A DNA stretch of 64,000 bases from an uncultured virus (IMG/VR IMGVR_UViG_3300025423_000014) (IMGVR_UViG_3300025423_000014), one strand, 5' to 3'; numbered from the stretch's first letter, positions 1 through 10,214 are shown. Program-made: numbers and translations. The notes: generated by a model from the letters alone, not told the origin.

Positions 1-1630
1 CCCTAGTACAGGTGTTTATTCTTCACCTAGTTTTTACTCAAGCGGAACGTCTCAGTTTGGCAATGGTTCTGCCAATTACATTCAAATTCAGGGCGGTGCA
101 ACAACTGTAGCTCCTGTAATAAGCGCAGTTGGATCAGATGCAAACGTGCCTTTAGTGCTACAGCCACAAGGAACAGGAGCATTACAAGCACAACAGACTA
201 CATCTAGTGCTACAGGTGGTAATGCTAGGGGTGCTAATGCGGTTGATTGGCAGACTGCTAGGGGCAATGCTAACCAAGTTGCAGGAAGTGCATATTCAGC
301 AATATTAGGTGGTTCTAATAATAGAGCAGCAAATAGTTGGACTGTTGTTAATGGTGGATATAGTAATTCCGCAACAGGTAATATTAGTTACATTGGTGGA
401 GGTTCTTCTAATACTGCTTCTTCAGACCTTGCTACTGTGATTGGTGGTCAAAGCAATACCGCAGGGGGGTTTTATAATTTAATTGGTGGAGGCGCATCAA
501 ATTCAGGGACGTCTGCTTCAACTGTAACTACTCAAGCTACCACAACAGTAACATCTGGCTCTACTGCGGTTACATTAAGCGGTTCAAATGCTTCAATTAA
601 AGTTGGTCAGTTGATAACTGGTACAGGCATTGTTTCTTACACTTATGTCTCAGCCATTTCAGGAACATCACTAACCCTATCTCAAAACGCTAACGCATCT
701 GGCTCACCAACCCTATCTTTCTACACACCTCATGGAGTAGTAGTAGGTGGTGGAAATAACCAAGCAACAGGCTCATATAGCTTTATTGGTGGTGGTGGTG
801 ATGCGGGTACTAGTGCCAATCAAAATATTGCTGCGGCAGATTGGTCTGTTGTTACAGGAGGTCAAAAAAACACAATTACTTCTGGTAATATAGGTTCTGT
901 AATTAGTGGTGGATACTCTAATTCAATTACTAGTGGTACTTCTTCTAGTTATTATTATGCAAACACTATTGTTGGTGGATTTACAAATACAACATCAAAC
1001 CAATGGAACACAGTTCTTGGAGGTGCAAATAATAATGCAAGTGCTACTATAGGAGCAGTTACAGTTGGTGGTAGATATCATGTTGCAAATGGAAGTCTTT
1101 CAGTTGCAATGGTAGGAACCAATGCTTATACAAGGTTTATTACTGGTTATTTAGCAATAGGAGTTGGTAATGCGGTTAACAATGCAGGGCAAGTTCAAGC
1201 GGGAACTTTGGTTTTAACAAACTCAACCACAACTACTGGTGCAGTTGTTTTAACATCTGATTTAAATTCTGCTAGTTCAACAAACCAAGTAGTATTATCA
1301 AACGGACCATCTGGAACAGTATCTGTATACACATTTAGAGTATTAATATCAGCGCACAACTCAGCAAACACAACTGATATTGCGGGATGGGAAATCAAAG
1401 GTGTTATATCTAGGGGTAACGGAGTAGGAACAACTGCATTAGTTGGAACACCAACAGTAACATTACTAGGAGCTACATCTGGTGCTATATCAGCAGGATG
1501 GGGAACATTATCAAACGTAGCGGCAGTAGCAGATACGACTAACGGAGCATTGCAGATACAAGTTACTGGTGTAGCATCTACTACGATCAGGTGGTCAGCC
1601 CGTGTTGAAACTAACGAATTGGCTTATTAA
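1..1630 (+). CDS. Tail fibre / receptor-binding protein (5' truncated by the window edge)
   Basis: Frame is open from position 2, upstream of the listed GTG at 146; Gly/Ser/Thr/Asn-rich GGxxN repeats; shares long blocks with 1633..3720. Confidence 0.75.
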   Translation, partial: PSTGVYSSPSFYSSGTSQFGNGSANYIQIQGGATTVAPVISAVGSDANVPLVLQPQGTGALQAQQTTSSATGGNARGANAVDWQTARGNANQVAGSAYSAILGGSNNRAANSWTVVNGGYSNSATGNISYIGGGSSNTASSDLATVIGGQSNTAGGFYNLIGGGASNSGTSASTVTTQATTTVTSGSTAVTLSGSNASIKVGQLITGTGIVSYTYVSAISGTSLTLSQNANASGSPTLSFYTPHGVVVGGGNNQATGSYSFIGGGGDAGTSANQNIAAADWSVVTGGQKNTITSGNIGSVISGGYSNSITSGTSSSYYYANTIVGGFTNTTSNQWNTVLGGANNNASATIGAVTVGGRYHVANGSLSVAMVGTNAYTRFITGYLAIGVGNAVNNAGQVQAGTLVLTNSTTTTGAVVLTSDLNSASSTNQVVLSNGPSGTVSVYTFRVLISAHNSANTTDIAGWEIKGVISRGNGVGTTALVGTPTVTLLGATSGAISAGWGTLSNVAAVADTTNGALQIQVTGVASTTIRWSARVETNELAY

Positions 1631-1632
1631 TC

Positions 1633-3720
1633 ATGGCAATCAACGAAAACGCAGTCACAGACACACTAACACCTACTACAGGGACTTTAACTGTTGCGGG
1701 AACAGAGTCGGTTCAAAACATAAATATTACGGGTACTGGTGAGAATTTATTTTTATATTCAAATACATTTAATAATAGTTATTGGAAACTTGCAACTGGT
1801 TTGGCAACTCCAACAAACACCATTACAGATCCATTTGGTGGCTCAACTGCTTGGGCAATTCCTTATGTTTCAATATATCAATCTTTTCTTTCAACAATAT
1901 TTTTAGTTTCTGGAGTAACTTATACAATAAGCTATTGGCTTCAAGCCACAAGTGGAACAAGAACTTTTGTTCTTTTAGGCGCTTCTTCATCAACAAATTA
2001 TGGAAATATTACCGCAACAACCACATGGACTAGATATTCAACAACATTTACTATGGTGTCTACTGAGCCACTTTATATTTTACAAGATAGAAACGCTAGT
2101 GGATTTCAAACTTTAAATATTTATGGGGCACAACTAGAAATTGGTTCAGTAGCAAACACCTACATTCCTACAACAACAACTGCAATATACGGAACACCTA
2201 CATTAAACTTTAGCGGTGTATCTTCTATTGGTTTACAAAATGATGGTTCTTTATATGTTTCTCCAGCGGGTACAGGAGCATTACAAGCACAACAAACAAC
2301 CTCATCTATTACTGGTGGAAATGCAAGAGGAGCTAATGCAGTAGATTGGCAGACAACTAGAACTGCGGCAACTCAAGTTGCTTCAACTAGTGGTTCTGTT
2401 ATTGGCGGTGGAGCAAATAATGGAACGGGCGGTGCAGGTGCAAATAGTGTTATTGGTGGAGGAGTAAACAACAATACAACAGGTGCATATCAAGGCGTGG
2501 TTGGGGGCGGTGGATATAATGTATTATCAAATTATTATTCAGTAATTGCTGGTGGTTATGCAAATAATGTGGGTGGACAAAATTCAGTAATATCTGGTGG
2601 TTTATCAAATTCTGCTCAGGGTTATCACAACATTATTGTTGGTGGTTATGCAAATTCTGGAACATCTGCATCGGCAGTAACAACCCAAGCAACAACAACA
2701 GTTACATCAGGTTCAACTGCGGTAACCTTATCTGCATCAAACGCATCAATTAAAGTTGGTCAAATAGTTACTGGTACTGGAATTGTAGGTTCTGGAACAG
2801 GTGTATGGACTTACGTTGCCGCAATATCTGGAACAACTTTAACCCTGTCTCAAAATGCCAATGCATCAGGTTCTCCTACTCTCTCCTTTTACACTCCACA
2901 CGGCATTGTCGTAGGCGGGGGCAATAACCAGGCTACTGGATCCTATTCGTTTATAGGTGGAGGCGGGGATGCAGGAACTAGTGCAAATAGAAACGTAGCC
3001 TCTGGGGATTGGAGTTTTGTTGGTGGTGGATGGGGAAATCAAGCTACTGCTGTTGGCGCTGTTGTTGTTGGTGGAGGTCAAAACAACGGATTAGTTTATG
3101 GAAATTCAGCATCAAATACTTCTGCATTTGTAGGCGCAGGAGTTGGTAATCAAGCAAGCGGCTCAAGAAGTTCTGTAGTCGGTGGTTACTATAATTTAGC
3201 AAATGCTGATTATGCTGCAATTCTTGGTGGAATTTTTGGAAGCGCAAGAAGTATTATTGGAAATCAAGTTGCTGCCGCTTGTAATAACCCAATGGGTACC
3301 GCTGCATCAGGAACACAACAATTTGGATTTTTAATATTAGGTCGTCAAACCACAGATGCAACCGCCACAGTTCTTACAAGTAATACATCTGCCGCATCAT
3401 CTACAAACCAAGTAATACTACCAAACAATTCAGCATATTACGTTAGAGGTTCTATTATTGCAGGTGTTACTGGCGCAGGAAATACGGCATCTTGGACATT
3501 TCAAGGAGCAATTAAACGTGGTTCAGGAGTCGGAACTACTGCTATCGTAGGGGCGGGAATAACTGCAACATCTGTAGCGGCAGATGCGGGAGCGTCAACT
3601 TGGACAGTGGCTATTACTGCGGACACAACAAATGGCGGTTTAGCAATTACAGTTACAGGACAAGCAGCAACTACAATACGTTGGGTTTGTCAGGTAGAAA
3701 CCACGGAAATGACTTATTAA
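1633..3720 (+). CDS. Tail fibre / receptor-binding protein, paralogue of the upstream gene
   Basis: 695 aa; lectin-like N-terminal block (NLFLYSNTF...GAQLEIGSVANTYIPTT), GGxxN repeats, and a C-terminal domain shared with the upstream fibre (TTIRW...ET.E..Y). Confidence 0.75.
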   Translation: MAINENAVTDTLTPTTGTLTVAGTESVQNINITGTGENLFLYSNTFNNSYWKLATGLATPTNTITDPFGGSTAWAIPYVSIYQSFLSTIFLVSGVTYTISYWLQATSGTRTFVLLGASSSTNYGNITATTTWTRYSTTFTMVSTEPLYILQDRNASGFQTLNIYGAQLEIGSVANTYIPTTTTAIYGTPTLNFSGVSSIGLQNDGSLYVSPAGTGALQAQQTTSSITGGNARGANAVDWQTTRTAATQVASTSGSVIGGGANNGTGGAGANSVIGGGVNNNTTGAYQGVVGGGGYNVLSNYYSVIAGGYANNVGGQNSVISGGLSNSAQGYHNIIVGGYANSGTSASAVTTQATTTVTSGSTAVTLSASNASIKVGQIVTGTGIVGSGTGVWTYVAAISGTTLTLSQNANASGSPTLSFYTPHGIVVGGGNNQATGSYSFIGGGGDAGTSANRNVASGDWSFVGGGWGNQATAVGAVVVGGGQNNGLVYGNSASNTSAFVGAGVGNQASGSRSSVVGGYYNLANADYAAILGGIFGSARSIIGNQVAAACNNPMGTAASGTQQFGFLILGRQTTDATATVLTSNTSAASSTNQVILPNNSAYYVRGSIIAGVTGAGNTASWTFQGAIKRGSGVGTTAIVGAGITATSVAADAGASTWTVAITADTTNGGLAITVTGQAATTIRWVCQVETTEMTY

Positions 3721-3733
3721 CACGGAGAAAATC

Positions 3734-4009
3734 ATGGCATTAAAACTTAACCTTTCATCAACTCAATTTGGCGCAGCAGCACCAGAGGCTTACGCTAGAG
3801 TTACAAACTTCTTTGGAAACAAAGACAATATCCAAGTACAGGTATCTGTGCATTTCTCAAAGGATGCTAGAGACTCAAATCTAAGCCCAGTGAGAGAAGA
3901 TGCACACTACATTGGTCTTGCAGACTTAGCGGGTAAAGGCGAACTCATGCCTGCAATATATGAAGTCTTAAAGACAATGGCTCCATACCAAGGCGCAACA
4001 GACGTTTAA
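3734..4009 (+). CDS. Hypothetical tail-fibre-associated protein
   Basis: 91 aa ORF with GGAG RBS, directly after the fibre genes. Confidence 0.55.
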   Translation: MALKLNLSSTQFGAAAPEAYARVTNFFGNKDNIQVQVSVHFSKDARDSNLSPVREDAHYIGLADLAGKGELMPAIYEVLKTMAPYQGATDV

Positions 4010-4011
4010 GT

Positions 4012-5304
4012 GTGTTTGGGCTAAATGCATTTGCCCAGTCCCCGTTCAATGCGCTGGGCGTACCGCCACAAATACTGAGTTTATCGGTAAGCGAAAACAC
4101 GACCCTGTCGGACGCGGAAGCAGCAAATGCAGCATTTTATAACCCAATATCAGAATCATTCACACTAGCAGATACCGAATCCACAACCGCTGATTTCTAC
4201 AACCCACTATCAGAAACATTTACACTAACAGACACCGAATCCGCCTTCCAAGGGTTTTTCCTTAGTGCGTCTGAGTCTTTTACTTTATCTGATGTTGAAT
4301 TTGCTACTGCTGATTTTTATAACCCGCTATCCGAGACCTTTGCGTTGTCTGAGGCGGAGAACTCACAGTTTAATTTCTATGAGAACGTAACTGAAACCCA
4401 GTCTTTTAGTGATGCAGAATCTGCAACTTGGTATGCCCTAGCACAAACAGATGAGGCGTTTACATTTACAGACGCAGAATCCGCCACACAAAACTTCCCA
4501 ACATCTACATCGGAGGCTTTTACTCTAGCGGATACGGAGTCCACAAACGCCAACTTTGCCTCAAGCACAACCGAAGCCTTTACACTAACCGACGCAGAAT
4601 CAGCCACACAAAACTTCCCAACCACCACGGCAGAAGCGTTTAGCTTAACGGACGCTGAAACCACAACCCAAGGATATGCGGTTGAAACAGATGAGGCTTT
4701 TGCTTTTGAGTATCTGGCGGTATGGGTAAATAACTCAAATCAGGTTGTTCAGTGGGTTAACAATTCTGGAGATGTGGTTGGATGGATTTATTCAGAATTC
4801 TCTGCCACGGCTAACTATGTACCGACAACGGCAGAAACATTTACGCTAACCGATGTAGAGACTGGAAATGCCGGATACCCGACTAGCATATCTGATGCTA
4901 TTACATTTACAGACGTAGAGACTGGATTTAGGGGGCAGTTTGGAACTACTGCGGAATCTTTTAGCCTGTCAGATACTGAAACTTCCAACGCTAATTTTGC
5001 CGGAAATGTTGCCGACACCATAGTAACAACGGATGCGGTTACGGCAGTAGCGGTTTATAATCCAACGATAAACGAAGTTATTGTGTTTTTTGACTCGCTT
5101 TCTGTAACGTATTGGATTAAAATAAATGACAGCCAAGTTGCTACTTGGGGTACTATTAATGATACACAAACCGCAAACTGGTCAACAATTGATAATAGTC
5201 AAAACACAACATGGACAGGCGTCGGCAACACAAGCTCACCGAATTGGACAGGCATTGTAGACACAAACAACCCTAACTGGACTGGAGTTAATAACAACCA
5301 ATGA
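4012..5304 (+). CDS. Acidic Ser/Thr-rich repeat protein, probably virion-associated
   Basis: ~19-aa periodic repeats (SExFTLxDxES) and C-terminal ~11-aa Trp repeats. Confidence 0.6.
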   Translation: MFGLNAFAQSPFNALGVPPQILSLSVSENTTLSDAEAANAAFYNPISESFTLADTESTTADFYNPLSETFTLTDTESAFQGFFLSASESFTLSDVEFATADFYNPLSETFALSEAENSQFNFYENVTETQSFSDAESATWYALAQTDEAFTFTDAESATQNFPTSTSEAFTLADTESTNANFASSTTEAFTLTDAESATQNFPTTTAEAFSLTDAETTTQGYAVETDEAFAFEYLAVWVNNSNQVVQWVNNSGDVVGWIYSEFSATANYVPTTAETFTLTDVETGNAGYPTSISDAITFTDVETGFRGQFGTTAESFSLSDTETSNANFAGNVADTIVTTDAVTAVAVYNPTINEVIVFFDSLSVTYWIKINDSQVATWGTINDTQTANWSTIDNSQNTTWTGVGNTSSPNWTGIVDTNNPNWTGVNNNQ

Positions 5305-6620
5305 GCGTACCTTACATATTTGGAAATGATGTTGGCAATATCCAGTTAGGACAGTTGGATACTAATTTTGCTACGCCTGTTACTTTAGGTTCAACTCCTG
5401 TGGCGCTTGGTGGTACAGTTACAACAGTTACGGGTTTAAACACAACGGGGAATGCCGCCAACGTTACCGGCGTAGTAGCAATTGCAAATGGCGGAACAAA
5501 TTCAACAACTGCTGCAAATGCCTTAACCGCTCTGGGGGCGCAACCACTTTTTACGGCGCAAACGGCTAATACGGTCTATTCTGGTCCATCTACTGGTAGT
5601 CCAGCCACTCCAACTTTTAGGGCGCTTACGGCAACTGACATACCAACGCTTAATCAAAACACAACAGGTACTGCAGCAGGTCTAGCAGGCAATCAAACGG
5701 CAAATACAATTTATGCAGGACCCTCAACAGGGGCAGCTACAACAGCAACTTTTAGGGCGTTGGTTGCGGCAGATATTCCATCTACTTATAGTGAGTTTGC
5801 ATCTGGCACGGCATTGCTATTTCAACAATCTACAGCCCCTACAAATTGGACTAAAGTTACAACATACAACAACTACGCACTTAGGGTTGTATCAGGAACA
5901 GCAAGTTCTGGGGGGTCGGTTGCGTTTACAACGGCTTTTGCAAGTCAAACTCCGAGCGGTACAGTTGGTACAAGCATCAGCGCAGTCTCCGGCACGGTCA
6001 GCACAAGCGTAACAGGTGTTGCAGGCACAGTCTCAACAACGACAGGAAACACAACAGCTGGTGGTTCAGTTGGAATAAGTGGTAGCGTAGACGGCACGGC
6101 AATTTCTGTAGCACAGATGCCTGCGCATAATCACGGAGTTTCTGACCCAAGTCATAGTCACGGAGTTTCTGACCCAAGTCATAGTCATGGAGTTTCTGAT
6201 CCAGGGCACGTTCACGGAGCTTCTCAAGGCTACTTATTTGGACGTGCTGGAGTTACAAACAACTCAATAGCAGTTGGTGGAGACGCTACCAATTACGGAA
6301 ATAGTTTTCTTTCTGCTTCTGGAACAGGTATTAGTATTTATGGTGCGTACACAGGCGTAGGTGTTAATGGCGCATACACAGGAATATCAACTCAAAATAA
6401 CGGTTCTAGCAACGCTCATAGCCACACAGTTGGCGGAGTCTCCGGTTCATTTTCTGGCACTGCGCATAATCATTCAGCAAGTAGTTCTTTTTCTTTTACA
6501 TCTGGAACAGCATCATCATCTTTTGCTTTTACAAGTGGAACCGCATCTTCAAGTTTTACAGGATCCGCACTCAATCTTGCAGTTCAATACGTAGACATTA
6601 TTATTTGTACAAAGAATTAA
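5301..6620 (+). CDS. Tail fibre/needle-like protein with HxH metal-binding repeats
   Basis: QQSTAPTNWTK collar-like motif; QMPAHNH and repeated DPxHxH motifs typical of trimeric fibre tips. Confidence 0.7.
   Translation: MSVPYIFGNDVGNIQLGQLDTNFATPVTLGSTPVALGGTVTTVTGLNTTGNAANVTGVVAIANGGTNSTTAANALTALGAQPLFTAQTANTVYSGPSTGSPATPTFRALTATDIPTLNQNTTGTAAGLAGNQTANTIYAGPSTGAATTATFRALVAADIPSTYSEFASGTALLFQQSTAPTNWTKVTTYNNYALRVVSGTASSGGSVAFTTAFASQTPSGTVGTSISAVSGTVSTSVTGVAGTVSTTTGNTTAGGSVGISGSVDGTAISVAQMPAHNHGVSDPSHSHGVSDPSHSHGVSDPGHVHGASQGYLFGRAGVTNNSIAVGGDATNYGNSFLSASGTGISIYGAYTGVGVNGAYTGISTQNNGSSNAHSHTVGGVSGSFSGTAHNHSASSSFSFTSGTASSSFAFTSGTASSSFTGSALNLAVQYVDIIICTKN
6132..6212 (+). repeat. 3 x 27-bp tandem repeat (HGVSDPSHS)
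   Basis: CACGGAGTTTCTGACCCAAGTCATAGT twice exactly, plus one diverged copy. Confidence 0.9.
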
Positions 6621-6621
6621 A

Positions 6622-7164
6622 ATGAATATCCAAGTCTATGATAATTTGTTTCAAGAAAAAATAATGGATAATGCCATTAAAACTGTTGAAGCTTGTAAAG
6701 ATTTTTATCCATTGCATCCCACAGACGTGGGATTTAAATTAAACTGGACTTTTTACAATCCAAAAAATAATATTAAAGAATTCACAAGCCAACCCATGCT
6801 TGATCTTTGGAATGAGGTAAAAAAAGTACTTCCTGAAGAAGCAAAGTTAAGCAGAGCTTATGTCAATGCTCAACCTTTTGGGATTGAAGATTACATACAT
6901 CAAGACGATACAGACTTGCAAAAAGGTTTAACGGTTATTGTTTATTTAACTCCTGCTTGGTTGCCAGAATGGTTTGGACAAACTGTATTTTTTAAAACTA
7001 CAGATAGATTAAGTTTTAGATCTGAAAATGACATTATTAAATCAGTACTTCCAAAATACAACCGAGTTTTAGTTTTTGATAAAGATATCCCACATTGCGT
7101 ATCACCCCTATCTAAAAAATTTATGGGTATTAGATTTACTTGCATGTTTAAAATAGAACTATGA
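6622..7164 (+). CDS. 2OG-Fe(II) oxygenase (prolyl-4-hydroxylase-like)
   Basis: HQD facial-triad motif, TVIVYL, P..NRVLVFD..IPHCV and distal R. Confidence 0.8.
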   Translation: MNIQVYDNLFQEKIMDNAIKTVEACKDFYPLHPTDVGFKLNWTFYNPKNNIKEFTSQPMLDLWNEVKKVLPEEAKLSRAYVNAQPFGIEDYIHQDDTDLQKGLTVIVYLTPAWLPEWFGQTVFFKTTDRLSFRSENDIIKSVLPKYNRVLVFDKDIPHCVSPLSKKFMGIRFTCMFKIEL

Positions 7165-7460
7165 AAATTGAAGCAAAAACAAATTGCCCATTAGACGGAT
7201 TTAAACCTTGCAGAAAACTTGAATGTGCTTGGTTTATGAAAGTGTCTGGTACAAACCCAAATACAGGAGAACCTGTCGATGAGTGGGGGTGTGCAATTCC
7301 TTGGATGCCCATTCTTATGATTGAGAACTCCCAACAACAAAGACAAACCGGCGCGGCAGTAGAATCTTTTAGAAATGAAATGGTTAGAGCTACTGAAATG
7401 AGTCAACAAGTATTACTTGCTACATCGGGCAAAACAACGTTTTTAGAAAATAAAGGATAA
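7161..7460 (+). CDS. Cys-rich hypothetical protein next to tail fibres
   Basis: CPL..FKPC...CAWF...WGCA motif, then coiled-coil AAVESFRNEMV; translationally coupled by ATGA. Confidence 0.6.
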   Translation: MKIEAKTNCPLDGFKPCRKLECAWFMKVSGTNPNTGEPVDEWGCAIPWMPILMIENSQQQRQTGAAVESFRNEMVRATEMSQQVLLATSGKTTFLENKG

Positions 7461-7463
7461 AAC

Positions 7464-8528
7464 ATGGCAGCAGATTCACCCTCCCCGTTACTACGCTTAA
7501 ACCTTATGGGCACTGGCAATGATGCCGGTAGCTGGGGTACAAACACAAATAACAATCTTCAAATTGTTTTAGAAAACGCAATTGCCGGATACCAAGCCGT
7601 GTCAATTACAAGTGCATCTCAAGCACTTACTGCAAGTAATAGTTCTTCTATAGATCAGGCACGTGCAGCGCTTTTAAAAATCACAGGATCAACGGGAACA
7701 GCAACGCTGTATGCACCGCCAGTATCTAAACAGTATGTTATTTACAACACTCTTTCTGGCAACTTAACGATTAGCAACGCCACAGCAAACAACGGTACAA
7801 CGGCAACAGGCGGATCAACAGTTGTAATACCCACAGGAACTATCGTTACTGTTTGGTCAGACGGTACAAACTTCTTTTCACAAAATACATTTTTGCCTGG
7901 CACAGTGGCGCTTGGTAATCCCTTAACTATTGCAAACGGTGGAACAGGTGCAACTACTGCTGCAGGAGCATTAACAAATTTAGGTGTTGTATCCGCATCT
8001 TTACAAGCAGTGTATCCTGTAGGTTCTATTTATATGAACGCTTCAAATAGTACAAGTCCAGCAACGTTATTTGGTTTTGGTACTTGGACAGCATTAGCCG
8101 CAGGACGGATGTTACTTGGTAATGGTGGTGGATACTCTGCTGGAGGCACAGGCGGTTCATCAACAACGGCACTATCCACAACCAATTTACCAAGCCACAC
8201 GCACGGTTCTTCTGGTTTGTCCGCAAGTTCAAGTTCAAATTCTTCTGCATCTACTAGTGTTAATATTAGCGATCCAGGTCACAATCACACCTACACATTT
8301 AAAACAACAACTGGTGGAACACTTGCTGGAGGAGATCCTAATAGCGTAGGTAACGTTACAGTTAACACAGGAAATGCAGTTACAGGAATTAGTGCATCAG
8401 CAAGTACAAGCGTAACTACAAACACATCCACAAGTATTTCTGGTAGCACAGACGCAACAGGTTCAGGATCTGCGTTTACTACAATTTCTCCATACTTGGT
8501 TGTTTACATGTGGCAACGTACAGCGTAA
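7464..8528 (+). CDS. Tail/baseplate structural protein with T4 gp10 C-terminal-like domain
   Basis: VYPVGSIY.N...PATLFGFGTW...GR.L.G and terminal PYLVVYMWQRTA motifs. Confidence 0.7.
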   Translation: MAADSPSPLLRLNLMGTGNDAGSWGTNTNNNLQIVLENAIAGYQAVSITSASQALTASNSSSIDQARAALLKITGSTGTATLYAPPVSKQYVIYNTLSGNLTISNATANNGTTATGGSTVVIPTGTIVTVWSDGTNFFSQNTFLPGTVALGNPLTIANGGTGATTAAGALTNLGVVSASLQAVYPVGSIYMNASNSTSPATLFGFGTWTALAAGRMLLGNGGGYSAGGTGGSSTTALSTTNLPSHTHGSSGLSASSSSNSSASTSVNISDPGHNHTYTFKTTTGGTLAGGDPNSVGNVTVNTGNAVTGISASASTSVTTNTSTSISGSTDATGSGSAFTTISPYLVVYMWQRTA

Positions 8529-8529
8529 T

Positions 8530-9173
8530 ATGGAACCCATAAGTATTTGTCTAGGTGTGCTCTCTGCTGTAAAGCAGGGCGTAGCTCTGTATAAAGAATA
8601 CAAGTCTGTTGGCAAAGAAGCTTATGGAGTAATGCAGGAAATTTCTACAGGGCTTGGCACGTTCTTTGAACACCAAGAAAAAGCGCAACAAGAAATAAAA
8701 GAAAAAGAAAAGAACCCGCCAAAAGGTAAATCTATTCAGGCGCAAGCTTTAGAAAATGTACTTGCCAGAAAACGACTGCAACAAGCTGAGTACGATCTAC
8801 GCCAAACATTGATTTACGATACGCCCCCAGAACTGGGCGCTATTTGGGAAGAGTTTCAAACGGAACGGGCTAGGCTTGTAAAAGACAAAGCCAATTTTGA
8901 CAAAGCTCAAAAAAAAAGGATGCGCAAGAAGCCTTGGAAAGGCGTGTTTCACGCGATAAACGAAACTTTCAAATCGCCGTTATCGCCAGTATTTTTGCAG
9001 TCTGCTTGACAATTTTTGGTTTGATGTTCTATATTAGACAAGATTATTTAGCACGGCGAGAAGATGAAAGTTGGTATATAGAGTTTAAAAAGAACTTTAT
9101 GAATGATGGCAAAGAGGTTGAGTGTTACAAAATGTTTAGGCAAACTGGGTATCTACCAAGATACTGTAATTAG
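8530..9173 (+). CDS. Coiled-coil protein in the lysis module, split by a -1 frameshift (0-frame 8530..9009; -1 frame to 9173 adds a transmembrane helix)
   Basis: ATG at 8530; A9 run at 8909-8917; the -1 frame continues KDAQEALERR...IAVIASIFAVCLTIFGLMFYI. Confidence 0.6.
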
Positions 9174-9182
9174 GAGAATGAT

Positions 9183-9578
9183 ATGTTTGGTTTAGATGCA
9201 TTACTGGGAATCGGCAATAAGTTAATTGACAAGTTAATTCCTGACCCACAAGCAAAAGCGGCTGCTCAATTAGAACTTGCCAAAATGCAACAAACAGGAG
9301 AGTTGGCACAACTTCAAGCTGACGTATCCGAACAACAAGAACTGACTAAGCGCTTACAGGCGGACATGTCTAGCGACTCTTGGTTATCTAAGAATATTCG
9401 ACCTATGGTACTTATATTTCTTTTGGCGGCTTATACAGGGTTTGCAGTAGCGTCTATGTTTAATTATGAAACTCGTGGCTCCTATGTTGAGCTGCTTGGT
9501 AATTGGGGCATGGTCGTGATGAGTTTTTACTTTGGTGGACGTACATTTGAGAAGATTGCTGATAAGGTGAAAAAATGA
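9183..9578 (+). CDS. Holin (3TM gene-transfer-release holin-like)
   Basis: KLIDKLIPDP...SDSWLSKNIRP, hydrophobic helices, FYFGGRTFEK; lies upstream of the endolysin. Confidence 0.7.
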   Translation: MFGLDALLGIGNKLIDKLIPDPQAKAAAQLELAKMQQTGELAQLQADVSEQQELTKRLQADMSSDSWLSKNIRPMVLIFLLAAYTGFAVASMFNYETRGSYVELLGNWGMVVMSFYFGGRTFEKIADKVKK

Positions 9579-9796
9579 AAGACTGGACTTTAAAAGGATG
9601 TGTAACTTTAATTGCAACAGTGTCCTTAATGGGCGTTATTGCTTCTATGATATGGATGTTTGTACAGGCAGTGCTTGATCCAACAGTTGATGATAAGGTT
9701 GTGTTTGATATTGTGGGTCCCGCATTTCAAAGTATCTGCGGTGGCTTTTTAGGTTTAATTACTGGTATTCATATTGGAGAAAAGAAAAATGATTAA
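9575..9796 (+). CDS. Small two-TM membrane protein (lysis accessory?)
   Basis: Two hydrophobic segments; between holin and endolysin. Confidence 0.55.
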   Translation: MKDWTLKGCVTLIATVSLMGVIASMIWMFVQAVLDPTVDDKVVFDIVGPAFQSICGGFLGLITGIHIGEKKND

Positions 9797-10208
9797 CTCA
9801 AGGGATTTAAATGAACTACTACCACAAGTTAAAGCAAAGGTTGACGCTTTTATTGAAGCCTGTAAAAAGGCAGGAATCGACATTCTTGTTACGTCTACTT
9901 ACCGCGACAATGAAAGCCAAGCGGCGCTATATGCGCAGGGTAGGACGGCACCTGGCAAAATCGTTACCAACGCCGGACCTGGCGACAGTTTTCATAATCA
10001 TCGCTGTGCTATTGATGTTGTGCCTCTCGTTAATGGCAAACCAGATTGGGATGGAAGCCACGCCGTATGGGCAGAAGTAGGTAGACTTGGAGTTGAAAAT
10101 GGGTTAGAATGGGCGGGAAATTGGGTGCACTTTAAAGAACTAGCACATTTTCAGTACACCGGTGGTTTGACCATTGCTCAATTAAAAGAAGGCGCAACTA
10201 TTGCGTAA
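9789..10208 (+). CDS. Endolysin, M15 family L-Ala-D-Glu peptidase
   Basis: TYR...Q..LYAQGRT.PG.IVTNA..G.S.HN...AID...WAGNW..F....HFQ; ATG at 9789. Confidence 0.85.
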   Translation: MINSRDLNELLPQVKAKVDAFIEACKKAGIDILVTSTYRDNESQAALYAQGRTAPGKIVTNAGPGDSFHNHRCAIDVVPLVNGKPDWDGSHAVWAEVGRLGVENGLEWAGNWVHFKELAHFQYTGGLTIAQLKEGATIA

Positions 10209-10214
10209 TGCGTA

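Noticed and set aside
1..3720. Diversity-generating retroelement acting on the tail fibres
   Set aside because: No reverse transcriptase is seen, and differences between the repeated blocks are mostly synonymous rather than adenine-specific.
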